Part shown: in pieces, positions 1-10,106 of the stretch
Numbering within the stretch: position 1 is the first letter of the stretch
Layout of the letters: each line of letters starts with the position of its first letter
Virus record (IMG/VR): IMGVR_UViG_3300037010_001227
Coordinates: 124,001 to 188,000 of that record
DNA length: 64,000 nucleotides
Strand: one strand, 5' to 3'
Notes under the pieces: model-generated
Database searches by the model: none
Told to the model about the DNA's origin: nothing
The model's input: only the letters and a program-made list of their open reading frames with translations
Made by a program: the position numbers and the translations under genes

Positions 1-486
1 TTGATCCTTGTAGTGAGAGAGTGTGGGAACACAACAAGACAGTGGTTATTTAAATAGAATTGCAGCATCTTCTATAAGATGTATGAATGCAAAACAATGT
101 TAAACACTTTCTATAACTACGCCAGGAAAGTGTTAGGAAGTATATTTGGCGTAGATAAACAATCATTCTATAGGTGTTCTATGAATTGCAGTAATTGTGG
201 TTCTGAACTGATTTATAACGCTGGTTACGCATGGAATAGTAAGAAACTCTGTGAGGCTTGTTTTCACAATGAGTATTCGAGTGTGATTTCCCTTAAATTT
301 AAAAGTAACCAGTGCCAGGATACATCCGACACGCTTGTACTGCAATCTGAGACTAGGAGATAACCTAGTGTGATTGGAAGTTTTGAAACGGAGAATTATG
401 CGAGCGACAATCACACATGCAGAGACTAACTGTAATCTGCGCTTGGTTGAAGTAAGAGTAAATGGGTTTCTACAGGAGAATAACTA

Positions 487-696
487 ATGCCAAGAGGAAA
501 CGAAAAGTTTAAACCCGTCTTAAAGTTTGCACTGGTTGTTGATCCTGACGGGAAAGAACCAGATATTGAAGTTTTTGATACCCTTAAAGAACGCTGTGCG
601 TATGTTAATGTATTGAGGTCAATTGATACTCCATATATATTGTTTCCATCTCCTGCTGTTAGTTTTGAGATGGCTAATTATGAAGAGTTAGCTTAG
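487..696 (+). CDS. hypothetical protein (early-region small ORF)
   Basis: SD AGGAG upstream of ATG; followed directly by hairpin 693-741. Confidence 0.7.
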   Translation: MPRGNEKFKPVLKFALVVDPDGKEPDIEVFDTLKERCAYVNVLRSIDTPYILFPSPAVSFEMANYEELA

Positions 697-741
697 TTCT
701 TTAGCATCCAGATTCTTAATATCTGGATGATAAATAACTAA
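693..741 (+). repeat. intergenic imperfect hairpin, family member 1
   Basis: TTAGTT-CTTTAG-CATCCAGAT / 7-nt loop / ATCTGGATG-ATAAAT-AACTAA, overlapping the stop codon, no U-tract. Confidence 0.7.
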
Positions 742-864
742 CACAAAGAAGGTAAGCTAGTTAAATTAGCAAAAAGCAAAGAATAGAACCATCAACAGAA
801 GTATTAGTTCTGAGATGGATTGGTTAGAGGATAATTACTACCCACCCACCATACGGAGGATAGA

Positions 865-1221
865 ATGCTCTATCTAGTAACAATTCCTATTCCTAATTCC
901 TACGGGGATGGAGTTTTCGAGCAACCTTATTATTTCAGTGCTGACAAGTTTCCTTCTTGGGAGACAATCAAAACTGAAATTAAGAAGCTACATGAACGGG
1001 ATCTTAATTATCCTGAATATCGTGGTTGTCACGATCATGCACTATACACACTGAAAATGGCAGAAATGAAAAAGATTGAATTGCCGAGATTATGGGGCAA
1101 TCTCTGTCAATCTGCGGTTCCTTACGAACATGCGTGTGGTCATAGTTTTATTTCTGCAAGATCTATTCGACCTATTGTGGTCGAAGAACCTGTTGCAGAG
1201 ATGCAAATGTATTCTGTGTAA
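865..1221 (+). CDS. hypothetical protein
   Basis: SD GGAGG upstream; 118 aa ORF. Confidence 0.75.
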   Translation: MLYLVTIPIPNSYGDGVFEQPYYFSADKFPSWETIKTEIKKLHERDLNYPEYRGCHDHALYTLKMAEMKKIELPRLWGNLCQSAVPYEHACGHSFISARSIRPIVVEEPVAEMQMYSV

Positions 1222-1258
1222 ACAGGATATTCCACATAGTAGTTGTGATAACAACTGA

Positions 1259-1309
1259 TACAGATTATTCAGCACATTCTCTTAGGATGATGTGCTGTAT
1301 TAATTTGTA
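1259..1309 (+). repeat. intergenic imperfect hairpin, family member 2
   Basis: TACAGATTA..CAGCACAT / ATGTGCTG..TAATTTGTA, directly before SD GGAGG. Confidence 0.6.
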
Positions 1310-1474
1310 GGAGGATGTATGGACGTTCTCGTTATCTACCGTATATTGACTGACTTTAGGCAACTACAATTAGACATTCTGGAGGTAGAAGTAACAGATG
1401 TTAAAGCTGAATTTAATGAAAGAAAAGAACAGTTAAAGAAACGGCATCCACAACAAGAAGAATAGGAGGCAGTT

Positions 1475-1738
1475 ATGAAACTGCATATCTATCAAATCGA
1501 CAAGAAAGAATACACCAGAGATTTAGTTGCACTTCTTACAGTATCCTTGAGGATCATGTTTAATGATTCTCTTGAACTGGAAGAAGTAACTAAGACTTGC
1601 ATTACCGCTACAATCAAACACCTTGGTTTTCAAGAAGAGGATGAGTATTATCTTACTGAGATGTTAAGCAATGTAACTGGAACTGATAACCTGACATTGA
1701 TCTTAACAGAACAGACTGAGGAACAACATGTGGCATAG
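1475..1738 (+). CDS. hypothetical protein
   Basis: SD AGGAGG; 87 aa. Confidence 0.7.
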   Translation: MKLHIYQIDKKEYTRDLVALLTVSLRIMFNDSLELEEVTKTCITATIKHLGFQEEDEYYLTEMLSNVTGTDNLTLILTEQTEEQHVA

Positions 1739-1864
1739 AAACCCAAATGTTTATAGAAAGGAACCTTATTGGTATTGTAATCCTACCTTTAGAGTATCCT
1801 TTCTACTCTCTACACTAAGCATATTAACGTTCTTTGGAATGTATTTATTACTGCGGTAACCAAT

Positions 1865-1941
1865 GGACCCTTAGCTCAGTTGGTTAGAGCATTTCCCTTT
1901 TAAGGAAGTGGTCATCGGTTCAAATCCGATAGGGTCCACCA
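1865..1941 (+). tRNA. tRNA-Lys(UUU)
   Basis: Acceptor GGACCCT/AGGGTCC, D-arm GCTC..GAGC, anticodon loop CTTTTAA, T-loop TTCAAAT, encoded CCA. Confidence 0.95.
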
Positions 1942-1964
1942 ACTCTTTCTTTCAGGAGGATGTT

Positions 1965-2327
1965 ATGAAACGTCTACTTGGACACGAAACACGAGAAACT
2001 GCATACGTGGTAGATGATTACCCGTATGGTTTCAGGCTTCGTTGTAAGATTCGTTACTGGATCGAGCATCGAAAGGGATTTGGTTTCAGATTTTGTAGTC
2101 AGACTACAAATCCTAAGAAGTCGGGAGAAGTGTGGAACAAAGAAAAATGTGGAACATATAGTGATGGTATTCATCTGATGTATTTGGATGATGAAAATCA
2201 TGTTGTGTACGATTGTTGTTCCTGGTATTTTAAGAACTATTGTCAGAGTTTCTTGGATAAATACAAAGAGATCCTCACACCAGCAGAAATCATTCTGTTA
2301 GAAGCATTCATTTCACGTTGTGAGTAG
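1965..2327 (+). CDS. hypothetical phage protein
   Basis: SD AGGAGG then ATG 1965; the track start at 1908 lies inside the tRNA. Confidence 0.75.
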   Translation: MKRLLGHETRETAYVVDDYPYGFRLRCKIRYWIEHRKGFGFRFCSQTTNPKKSGEVWNKEKCGTYSDGIHLMYLDDENHVVYDCCSWYFKNYCQSFLDKYKEILTPAEIILLEAFISRCE

Positions 2328-2338
2328 GATACACTTCT

Positions 2339-2393
2339 AATCTGTTGAAGGATGGACTACAAGTAAGTTTTGTAGTCCATCATTGAATAGATT
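2339..2393 (+). repeat. intergenic imperfect hairpin, family member 3
   Basis: AATCTGTTGAAG-GATGGACTACAA / GTAAGTT / TTGTAGTCCATC-ATTGAATAGATT. Confidence 0.8.
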
Positions 2394-2565
2394 TAAAGGA
2401 GAGAAATCATGACTTGTGCTGGATGCAAGAAACCTATTACCGATACTAGGTACTCTGGTGAATACAAGGGTAAATCATACTGTAAAGCTTGCAATAAGAA
2501 GTTAGCAAGTAATCTGGTTAATAAATTAGCAACACTTAAGAAAAAATAATTCCTATGGAGGAAGT

Positions 2566-2796
2566 ATGTTTCTGTCGCAAGATGAAATCAAACAGAAGAT
2601 TGTTGATATGATTCAACAATTCAACGAAGAAACCTCCGAGGAGGGTTTACTACGATTCTACAACGAGCATGTAATAGAAGGGACAGAAGAACCTTTGAGT
2701 AGTGAGGAGTTTCAAGACTACCTTATTGCTCTTTACATTGACAACAGAATAACCTGGAACAAATATGGATTATTGACAGTTGTAACAAGTATTTAG
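2566..2796 (+). CDS. hypothetical protein
   Basis: SD GGAGG; 76 aa acidic. Confidence 0.7.
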   Translation: MFLSQDEIKQKIVDMIQQFNEETSEEGLLRFYNEHVIEGTEEPLSSEEFQDYLIALYIDNRITWNKYGLLTVVTSI

Positions 2797-2843
2797 TATC
2801 TAATCCAGGTAATAATGGTATTACCTGTCTCTGGAGAAACAAA

Positions 2844-3212
2844 ATGAAAAATGTTACTATTGATTTTTCAATCAGGAATTGCATTATTGAAATACTTCGT
2901 GGTCTTCAGATGCCAACGAATTACAGAGTGCTTTTGGAGTCTTCAGCAAAACATAATGAAGTAGCCATTGTGTTTGAACGCAAGACAGGATTCTATTTCA
3001 AGTTCAATGGAAAGAAATACTATATTCCCTTTGCATCTTGGTGGGTTCCTGAAAGAACCATTACAGAATACTGTTATGAAGATTTGCTTGAAAAGATTTG
3101 TAAATATCCAATGCTATTGGAAACAACGGTAGTAATTGAAAACAACAAAGTTTTACCATTCCGGTATTCTACTGTTGTTGTTAAGCAAGAAGATAAAGCT
3201 GTTGAAGCTTGA
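2844..3212 (+). CDS. hypothetical protein
   Basis: SD GGAG; 122 aa. Confidence 0.7.
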   Translation: MKNVTIDFSIRNCIIEILRGLQMPTNYRVLLESSAKHNEVAIVFERKTGFYFKFNGKKYYIPFASWWVPERTITEYCYEDLLEKICKYPMLLETTVVIENNKVLPFRYSTVVVKQEDKAVEA

Positions 3213-3257
3213 TCTCTTTATCGACTGGCTCTAAAACAGCCAGTCTATTAAGGAGAT
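3212..3257 (+). repeat. intergenic imperfect hairpin, family member 4
   Basis: ATCTCTTTATC-GACTGGCT / CTAAAAC / AGCCAGTC-TATTAAGGAGAT; 3' arm contains the next SD. Confidence 0.75.
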
Positions 3258-3260
3258 TCC

Positions 3261-3560
3261 TTATATAAGCAGTATAAAATAGAAACAAAAGAAAAAGAAA
3301 TTGAAGTATTAGATACTATTACTTGTGATAACTGTAAGAAAATCTTTCATAAAGAAGAAGATGTCTGGGAATATCAAGAAATGCTACATTGGGAAATGAG
3401 AGCAGGATATGGTGCTAAAGTATACAATGATGGAGATGAATTATCTCTTGATCTATGCCAGCACTGTGTTAAGACATTACTTGGTAATATAGTAGTAAAT
3501 CATGGTAATGCTTACTTCCCAGATAGTGATGAAGAAGCTAAACATTTTCAAGAGTATTGA
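3261..3560 (+). pseudogene. Zn-finger-type ORF lacking a canonical start near its SD (CDNC...CQHC)
   Basis: Open frame LYKQYKIETKEKEIEVLDTITCDNCKK...GYGAKV...LDLCQHCVK...* after SD AGGAG 3251-3255; no ATG/GTG/TTG at SD distance; absent from the ORF track. Confidence 0.55.
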
Positions 3561-3597
3561 AATAGATTAACAAGAACACGTAATAGGAATCACGAAA

Positions 3598-4074
3598 TTG
3601 GTTAGAACTCGACCCTTCGATATTAATAAACTTAAAGTTCATCATACAGCTAAGTTTCATCGGCTGAAACAAAAGCAAAGAAACATTAGGTTTAATGTGT
3701 GGAAACGAAAGTTGTTTCGTGATTGGCAGAAAGAACATCAAGGTAAATTACCTGATCTATCAGTAATTCCAGACAACTGTGATTACTGTTACACTTGCAC
3801 TGATGAAGTTGATAGAGTAATTGATTTTGAAGGAATACCATATACCTTGTATAAATACAAGATGTGTGATTATTACTATAAGATTGAAATACCAGAAGCT
3901 GAACGTGAAAGTCATGATGGAATAGTTGCTTGTGGACAAACTTACATCGGTGGTTGTCATCTACTAAAGAAAACAGATGATGATTTCAAAGGATGGGGTT
4001 TGTTGTGGGATGGATGTAAAGAATGCTCTCTTAAAATGCACAAAGATGTCTCTGGAGAATACGATGAGAGATGA
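3598..4074 (+). CDS. Cys-rich hypothetical protein
   Basis: 158 aa ORF with several Cys pairs (CDYC, CKEC). Confidence 0.65.
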   Translation: MVRTRPFDINKLKVHHTAKFHRLKQKQRNIRFNVWKRKLFRDWQKEHQGKLPDLSVIPDNCDYCYTCTDEVDRVIDFEGIPYTLYKYKMCDYYYKIEIPEAERESHDGIVACGQTYIGGCHLLKKTDDDFKGWGLLWDGCKECSLKMHKDVSGEYDER

Positions 4075-4221
4075 AAACACTTTGATTGATTCTGGATATG
4101 GTTATGGTTATTGTCCAGAATGTCATGCTCCTGGAATTAAAAGAGAACGAAAACCTGATGGAAATGATATGTGTGTAAATTGGCATGTGTATCCTTCAAC
4201 AACGGCTCTAAAGGAGTCCAA

Positions 4222-4557
4222 ATGACAGACCCAATAAATCTTCACCTTGCATTAACTGCTTGTTTCTGTTCTATCAAGCAGATTTTGAGTTATAACACTG
4301 ATGACATTGTGAGTAATGCTACCAGTGAGAAGTTTGATTCAGACACAAGAAAGGCTATCTCTTATATAAGAGATAAAACTTCTTCGATTGAATATATTTC
4401 TAGAGAAACTGTAGTTTTCTTACTCAGAAAATATTACAGAGAAGAACATAACAGTGAAGGTGAAAACTTCGCAAAAGTCTTTGATTGCATGTTTACAAAG
4501 CTTAGTGTGGATACTTTTTACTGGGGATGTGTAGAATTAAGTAGTGAAGCTCAATAG
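4222..4557 (+). CDS. hypothetical protein
   Basis: SD AGGAG then ATG 4222; stop codon falls inside the 5' end of tRNA-Ile. Confidence 0.65.
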   Translation: MTDPINLHLALTACFCSIKQILSYNTDDIVSNATSEKFDSDTRKAISYIRDKTSSIEYISRETVVFLLRKYYREEHNSEGENFAKVFDCMFTKLSVDTFYWGCVELSSEAQ

Positions 4558-4623
4558 CTCAGTTGGTAGAGCAAGGCACTTATAACGCCTAGGTCGATGG
4601 TTCAATCCCATCTTGAGCTACCA
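4548..4623 (+). tRNA. tRNA-Ile(UAU)
   Basis: Acceptor AGCTCAA/TTGAGCT, D-arm GCTC..GAGC, anticodon loop CTTATAA, T-loop TTCAATC, discriminator A, CCA. Confidence 0.9.
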
Positions 4624-4671
4624 GAGTAATCTCCTAATAGTAGTAGAAAAGTTACACTTCCTGGAGGAGTC

Positions 4672-4956
4672 ATGTCTAAGGTAGTTAATATCTCAGTTGA
4701 CTATATTAAGCTCAACATTAAAGTTGGCTTTGAGATTACCTCGGACGATCAAATCAAGTTGGCAGTTGTTTCCCCAGTTAAACATTGTTGTAGTAGAAAG
4801 TTAACATCTTTAATGGATGTGGCTAAACATCTCCATTTAGAAGAGAAAGATCACCCAACGTTTATCAGTTTGTTTGATTCTGATAGATCAGAAGGAACAC
4901 ATTTCGTAGTTAAAGCACCTCGAATTGAATGTGACTATAATCATATGGGGAGTTAA
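4672..4956 (+). CDS. hypothetical protein
   Basis: SD GGAGGAG; 94 aa. Confidence 0.7.
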   Translation: MSKVVNISVDYIKLNIKVGFEITSDDQIKLAVVSPVKHCCSRKLTSLMDVAKHLHLEEKDHPTFISLFDSDRSEGTHFVVKAPRIECDYNHMGS

Positions 4957-5186
4957 GATGATGGAACCAGAAGAATATAAAGATAGTAGATGCACAACAA
5001 TTGAAATTACTTCTGTCCAATACAGTGATTTCATGGTTGATTATTACAAAAAGAAAAAAGAGTATCCAACTTATAGAGTTGGACAACATTTCTGTAACAT
5101 GTTCCATATGCATAATCCTGAACTGTTTTATAAACGTGACTTTCAGGATTGTTTAAAATATATCCTAGAGAACTATGTTGTTGATT

Positions 5187-5241
5187 AGTTTCTTTATGGC
5201 AACGATTACACACTTAGTCTAACCGTTGCAATAAGCAAACT
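5187..5241 (+). repeat. intergenic imperfect hairpin, family member 5
   Basis: AGTTTCTTTATG-GCAACGATTA / TAACCGTTGC-AATAAGCAAACT, starting in a stop codon. Confidence 0.6.
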
Positions 5242-5446
5242 GAATTAACTTTATACTTTAGAAAGGTTATTCTAATGGCTACGGCCCAAAAATTCATTGA
5301 TCGTAATTTCTCTTTGTCTGAACATGATGATTTTCAGGTAAACATCCTACCCTTAGTTAATGATGGTAATGAACCTGTAGAATTGTTAGATGAAGATCAA
5401 AATTTAATCGGATGGGTATTGAAAAGGCTATAACCTGGAGGGTTAT

Positions 5447-5725
5447 ATGAATTTCTATGTGGTATCGTTAGTCAATGGAGAGTCTGGTTCGGAAATATTA
5501 GGGACCACAACAGATTCTTTAGATGATGCAGAAAGTGTTGCTATTGACTTTTTGTCTGAATACTTGATTGAAGGTGATACAATCAAGAAAATAAAAAGAG
5601 ATTCAGACTTTTCTTCAGACTCAGATATAGAACAGATTTATACAATTCAACATTATGATTTCACATACCATTTTATGGAAGTAAGAGTATTAAAAAGAAA
5701 TCATAATAAAAATCTTTACAGTTGA
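5447..5725 (+). CDS. hypothetical protein
   Basis: SD GGAGG; 92 aa acidic. Confidence 0.7.
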   Translation: MNFYVVSLVNGESGSEILGTTTDSLDDAESVAIDFLSEYLIEGDTIKKIKRDSDFSSDSDIEQIYTIQHYDFTYHFMEVRVLKRNHNKNLYS

Positions 5726-5858
5726 AAGTCTTTTCAATACAGATAATAACTGTAGTTGTTAGAACAAAAACATAATAGTTTCGATGTAGAACATAATCAA
5801 CTTTAATGATAACATCATTTAAATGACGGTGCTTTCAGTAGTCCTGAAAGGAGGGCAT

Positions 5859-6203
5859 ATGAATACCTTAGCAAGAGAGTTAGCTATGGCATTTCTAGAA
5901 AATAGGCCCTTGAAATTGAAGGATACAATTGTAACCATGACTGAATATGTTCTTGGTGGAACAACAATTGCTAAATGGGATAGTTCATCTCTATTGGTTA
6001 TTTTTCCACAAACAAATATTAAATTAGTTAAAGACCGAGTAAATCCTATCTTAGAAGGATACGGTTGTGGTATTTCAATCGAATCTTTCCAACAAAGACT
6101 ATACTTCGTAGACAACTCTGACAAACAAAGAAGTTTAAGAGAAGTCGAATTTGAAGTGTGGTATTTGATAAAAAAAGATGGATTTATCTTAAGAAACTAT
6201 TAA
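5859..6203 (+). CDS. hypothetical protein
   Basis: SD GGAGG before ATG 5859 (track start 5823). Confidence 0.65.
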   Translation: MNTLARELAMAFLENRPLKLKDTIVTMTEYVLGGTTIAKWDSSSLLVIFPQTNIKLVKDRVNPILEGYGCGISIESFQQRLYFVDNSDKQRSLREVEFEVWYLIKKDGFILRNY

Positions 6204-6240
6204 ATAGTCCGATATAAGTATATGAAGGTGTTTCAAACTA

Positions 6241-6327
6241 CCCAGCATGGCGTAATTGGTAGCCGCAGAAGTCTTAAAAACTTCTTCCTGTAAAGGAGTC
6301 CCGATTCGACTTCGGGTGCTGGGACCA
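6241..6327 (+). tRNA. tRNA-Leu(UAA)
   Basis: Acceptor CCCAGCA/TGCTGGG, anticodon stem GAAGT/ACTTC with loop CTTAAAA, long variable arm TCCT-GTAA-AGGA, T-arm CCCGA-TTCGACT-TCGGG, CCA. Confidence 0.9.
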
Positions 6328-6333
6328 GTAGAA

Positions 6334-7044
6334 TTAGGAGTGTCTTTTGATATGCTGTCTTATAGCATTATCAGACACTCCTAATTCTTTTCCTAGTTTA
6401 GTATAGCCAACAAGCTCTAAACGAGTTAATAATTCTGGTAGTGATGGCCAGGTAATTTTGGTTGCTATTAATTTACCAGCACATCGTTTACATCTAGTGG
6501 AGTTTCTAGCAATTTTAGTATTACAGTCCAAGCAATAGTTAATAATTGGCTCTTTTATTAGAGATGTTTTAACTTTAGCAAGATTTTTATTCTTCTTATT
6601 CTTACCACGATATGTATCTGTGAGAGCATGGCAATTAGGACACAGTAAAGTAAGATTGCTTAGAGCATTATTTAGATGGTTTCCATCTATATGTTCTAAC
6701 TCAAGAGGAATAGGATTATTTAACCACGTTGTTTGATTACAGTTATAACATTTGTAATCAAGCAAGTTTTCTTTTATTAATCGTAATTTTAGTTTGTGTG
6801 ATTGTATATAATGGTCATTAGATAAATATTCGTGAATATCGCGTTTCGGTTTAAATGTTTTTCCTTTATTAGAACCTTTTCCTAATAAATGTGTTGTATC
6901 TAATTGTAGTCGTGTAATAGCAGCGGCAAGGCAGTCGTAATTTCCTCCTGCTTGTGCCAATCCCAACTTACCTAATATCTCACGTTTAGATACAGATGTT
7001 TTGACAGCTTCGATAAGTTCTTGATCCGTATATCTTCGAGTCAT
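6334..7044 (-). CDS. HNH homing endonuclease (intact)
   Basis: CYNC...LELEHIDGNHLNNALSNLTLLCPNCH; second Zn ribbon (CLDC..CKRC) and C-terminal HTH; SD GGAG before ATG 7044; ends 6 nt from the tRNA-Leu 3' end. Confidence 0.9.
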   Translation of the reverse strand: MTRRYTDQELIEAVKTSVSKREILGKLGLAQAGGNYDCLAAAITRLQLDTTHLLGKGSNKGKTFKPKRDIHEYLSNDHYIQSHKLKLRLIKENLLDYKCYNCNQTTWLNNPIPLELEHIDGNHLNNALSNLTLLCPNCHALTDTYRGKNKKNKNLAKVKTSLIKEPIINYCLDCNTKIARNSTRCKRCAGKLIATKITWPSLPELLTRLELVGYTKLGKELGVSDNAIRQHIKRHS

Positions 7045-7345
7045 ATGCTCTCCATATAATTTAATTACGGTAAAGACTTTATCCAAACTGTCAGTATATT
7101 TACCGTAGGAGATTATCATGACAACCTCAGAGTTAATCAAAATAATGAGGGAGTTAGATAGCTCTCATAACAAACTAAACAATCTGTTGGCTAATCTTAC
7201 TGTAGCAGCTATAACTAGAAGCTACGTAAATATTAAACTAAAAGCGCAAATGATTTGATTTTGGAGTAGATCATGCATGAATTATCCAGCTAATTCTTTT
7301 AATAGATAATGAACTGTATTAATTTATGTCACATTTGGAGGTTAC

Positions 7346-8167
7346 ATGCTAAAGAATAGTAAAGACCATCCATTTAATACTACAAGAGAACTAGTTAACT
7401 TTCTTGGTTGGTTTCAGACAGGGTTCTTTCAAGATCAGATGAGGTATGGTAATAAAAGAGGCGATCCAGAACTAGTAGAAGGATTTTTAGTGTTGGGTTT
7501 AGATGCCTTTAATGTTCTAGTTTGCTACGATTTAGTAGAGATTGGAACATATAATAGAGTTGCTCCTAGACGTAAAGATGTATTTAGAACGTTAGTTGGT
7601 GTAAAAGAAGTTGTAGTTGTTGTGGTAGTTCACAATCATCCTGATGGCGATCCTACTCCATCTAATGAGGATATGGAACTAACACGTAACTACAGAGAAA
7701 TAGCTGGTATCCTTGGATATATCTTTAAAGACCATATCATTATTGGTCGAACTTCAAGTGTATCTATTACAGAGAATAACAAATACATGATGGGTGGTGA
7801 AGTTATTTCCTTGTCACCAAACAAACCCAAATCAGTAGTAACAACAGAAGTATTAGAAAATTCAGAAACACCAAATATTATCACATTCGATAGGCGGCAA
7901 AAACCTAGAGATATGATAACAACCAAAGAACAGGGAATTAGCAAACCACAATTTCCTCCTGATTGGATAGATGGAAAACCACCAGGATGGGAACCTGATA
8001 TGGAAATTCCCGTTATATATAACGGAACTATTTGCTGTTCTGCTACAAAGATAGGTTTCTGGGGACATATGCTAACAATGCAAGTCCCTGCTCCAGATTG
8101 GAAACCTTGGGATAACTCAATGGTGAAGAAACTAAAACGTAACGGAGGTAAACCATATGAGCTGTAG
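7346..8167 (+). CDS. RadC-like JAB/MPN domain protein with C-terminal extension
   Basis: HNHPDGDPTPSNED and DHIIIG motifs of the RadC/JAB family. Confidence 0.85.
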   Translation: MLKNSKDHPFNTTRELVNFLGWFQTGFFQDQMRYGNKRGDPELVEGFLVLGLDAFNVLVCYDLVEIGTYNRVAPRRKDVFRTLVGVKEVVVVVVVHNHPDGDPTPSNEDMELTRNYREIAGILGYIFKDHIIIGRTSSVSITENNKYMMGGEVISLSPNKPKSVVTTEVLENSETPNIITFDRRQKPRDMITTKEQGISKPQFPPDWIDGKPPGWEPDMEIPVIYNGTICCSATKIGFWGHMLTMQVPAPDWKPWDNSMVKKLKRNGGKPYEL

Positions 8168-8627
8168 AAGCTCAAGTTATCCAAACAATATCTTCGATCC
8201 AATGAGAATACAGTATCATATTGTAGCTCTTGCTGGTATTGCCAGAGTTCAGATTCTGGGTTACAAGGAGTACAACAATGTTCTTTGTAATATGATTGTT
8301 TCCAGTTTGGAAACCGCAGAACGAACTCTTCAAACAGACCCAATGCGCCATCAAGATGTTCTTGATGCATTGGATGCACTTCAACTCTTAATTGAACCTA
8401 TGGTTCAATTAAGACGTAGTTTCGTATTAGCCAAAGATGCTGATAATCTCTTAAAAGTTATGGGCATCTGCCAGTTATTAAATTCTTTAATTGTTCTGAC
8501 TGAAGTTTTACATACTCTTTCTCATCACAATGACCATAAAGATGTGAATAATTCCAGTATGGAGTTATTTAGAGTTCAAATGGACCTCATCTTTAAGGAG
8601 TTAGGTATTGGTATTGACGCCGAATAA
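8157..8627 (+). CDS. hypothetical protein
   Basis: SD GGAGG; overlaps the previous stop. Confidence 0.65.
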   Translation: MSCRSSSYPNNIFDPMRIQYHIVALAGIARVQILGYKEYNNVLCNMIVSSLETAERTLQTDPMRHQDVLDALDALQLLIEPMVQLRRSFVLAKDADNLLKVMGICQLLNSLIVLTEVLHTLSHHNDHKDVNNSSMELFRVQMDLIFKELGIGIDAE

Positions 8628-8975
8628 GTTCAGTTAATATAACCCGAGTGATAATACTATCACTCTTCCTAAGAGGTTACATCATGAGCGAGGATAATGG
8701 CAATGCTGCCAAGTTCCTAAAAGCAGAGTATCGTCGAGATGATATTTGGACGTTGATTCCAGGTAATCGTCTTCCTGACAACAAGAACAATAGAAAGAAA
8801 CTAAAGGATCTTTTGGATGAATTTACCAAAGATTCTAAGTTTCAAGTCCGAATCGTTCTTTATGAGGTTACAGAAAAACCTCTTGAAATCTTGTTCGGAG
8901 AAGGCGCTGGAACTATCTTTCAATAACCCCAAGACATTAAAAATAGTGTCGATTTCCAAAGAAAGGAAATAAAAA

Positions 8976-9206
8976 ATGAATGAAACGAAAATCCTTGCAG
9001 AGGCCAAGACTGAACCACAGATTTTCTGGATGCTTCTGGTGGAAGGAACTGGAAGTTGTTCCGCAAAACATTTTACCCAGGAAGCAGCGGAAAAAGAGTG
9101 CGAGCGTCTTGCCAGAGTATCTGGTAAGAAGGTTCACATTCTAAAGACTGTGGGAAGTATGGAACTGGAACGGATTCTTCCTCCTGTACTATTCACGAAA
9201 TACTAG
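8976..9206 (+). CDS. hypothetical protein
   Basis: SD AAGGA; 76 aa. Confidence 0.7.
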   Translation: MNETKILAEAKTEPQIFWMLLVEGTGSCSAKHFTQEAAEKECERLARVSGKKVHILKTVGSMELERILPPVLFTKY

Positions 9207-9208
9207 TA

Positions 9209-9259
9209 AATCTTCTGAAGGTAGTAGCTGCTAATCCCAGCTACTACATTGAGTAGATT
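9209..9259 (+). repeat. intergenic imperfect hairpin, family member 6
   Basis: AATCTTCTGAAG-GTAGTAGCTG / CTAATCC / CAGCTACTAC-ATTGAGTAGATT. Confidence 0.8.
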
Positions 9260-9374
9260 GAGATTGTAATGAAAATAAATTGGAAGTTTCATAATTAAGC
9301 CTTATGAAACTTCTAATGATTTATAGAATACACGGAATAGTTAATAAGGGATATCGACTCCCTGGGAGGTAGTT

Positions 9375-10058
9375 ATTAAGATAATTTCGAAGTTTCATGA
9401 CTACTACGATAGCCTGGTAAATTTTGGTGGAAGTGATAACACTAAAGTATACAATAGAACTACGTATACTTTGGAATCCTATCAATTTCCTCCGAATCAT
9501 AATAAAAGACTACCTGACTTGTATTTAATGTTTGATGGTCATAGATTTGTTTCTTCTTACTATTACAGCAAGAATAATAACGTTAAAATTGAAAGTTTTG
9601 TTGTTATCTTTACTGGTATCTCTTATACTGGAATCAGAGTAGAATTCATTAAGCCTGAACAAAGTGAAATAACTTACCATTACACTTTCGAAAGTCTTTT
9701 TAAGTATCTCAACAATATTGATCCTACTATTATTGAGAAACAAAAGAAACCTTTCATAGAGTTTTATGAGGGCAACAAATCTGAGTGTGCAAGAGATTGG
9801 GCAATCAACAACAAGATTATCATCGCTACTGATTGCACTGGACTTGGTAGTAGAAATACTTGGATTGCTAATCCTCAACTAGATAAGATTAGCTTTCAGA
9901 AAGTTCTTGATCCTTTCACAGCATTTCAAGAGTTGGAAATGTGGATTGGTGGAGTTCTGACTGATAACAAAGAGATCAGTCAAGTTTCCAATGATATTAG
10001 AATTCAGCAAGCTGGATTTGATCTTAAAACATCTTTCAGAAAACCAAAACAGTTTTAA
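9375..10058 (+). CDS. hypothetical phage protein, probable ATT start
   Basis: SD GGGAGG 9364-9369, in-frame ATT 9375 (IKIISKFHDYYDS...), continuous with track ORF 9471-10058. Confidence 0.65.
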   Translation: MKIISKFHDYYDSLVNFGGSDNTKVYNRTTYTLESYQFPPNHNKRLPDLYLMFDGHRFVSSYYYSKNNNVKIESFVVIFTGISYTGIRVEFIKPEQSEITYHYTFESLFKYLNNIDPTIIEKQKKPFIEFYEGNKSECARDWAINNKIIIATDCTGLGSRNTWIANPQLDKISFQKVLDPFTAFQELEMWIGGVLTDNKEISQVSNDIRIQQAGFDLKTSFRKPKQF

Positions 10059-10106
10059 TCTATTGAAAGATGGACTAATTAATTTTTAGTCCATCATTGA
10101 GTAGAT
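10058..10106 (+). repeat. intergenic imperfect hairpin, family member 7
   Basis: ATCTATTGAAA-GATGGACTAA / TTAATTT / TTAGTCCATC-ATTGAGTAGAT; ends 2 nt before the tRNA-like gene. Confidence 0.8.

Noticed and set aside
1908-1964. N-terminal extensions of track ORFs 1908 and 10202
   Set aside because: The first overlaps tRNA-Lys; in both cases a better SD+ATG lies downstream (1965, 10292).
7690-8379. Long minus-strand ORFs antisense to + genes (also 11201, 20658, 42820 and others)
   Set aside because: They are shadows of well-supported + strand genes and show no recognisable motifs.
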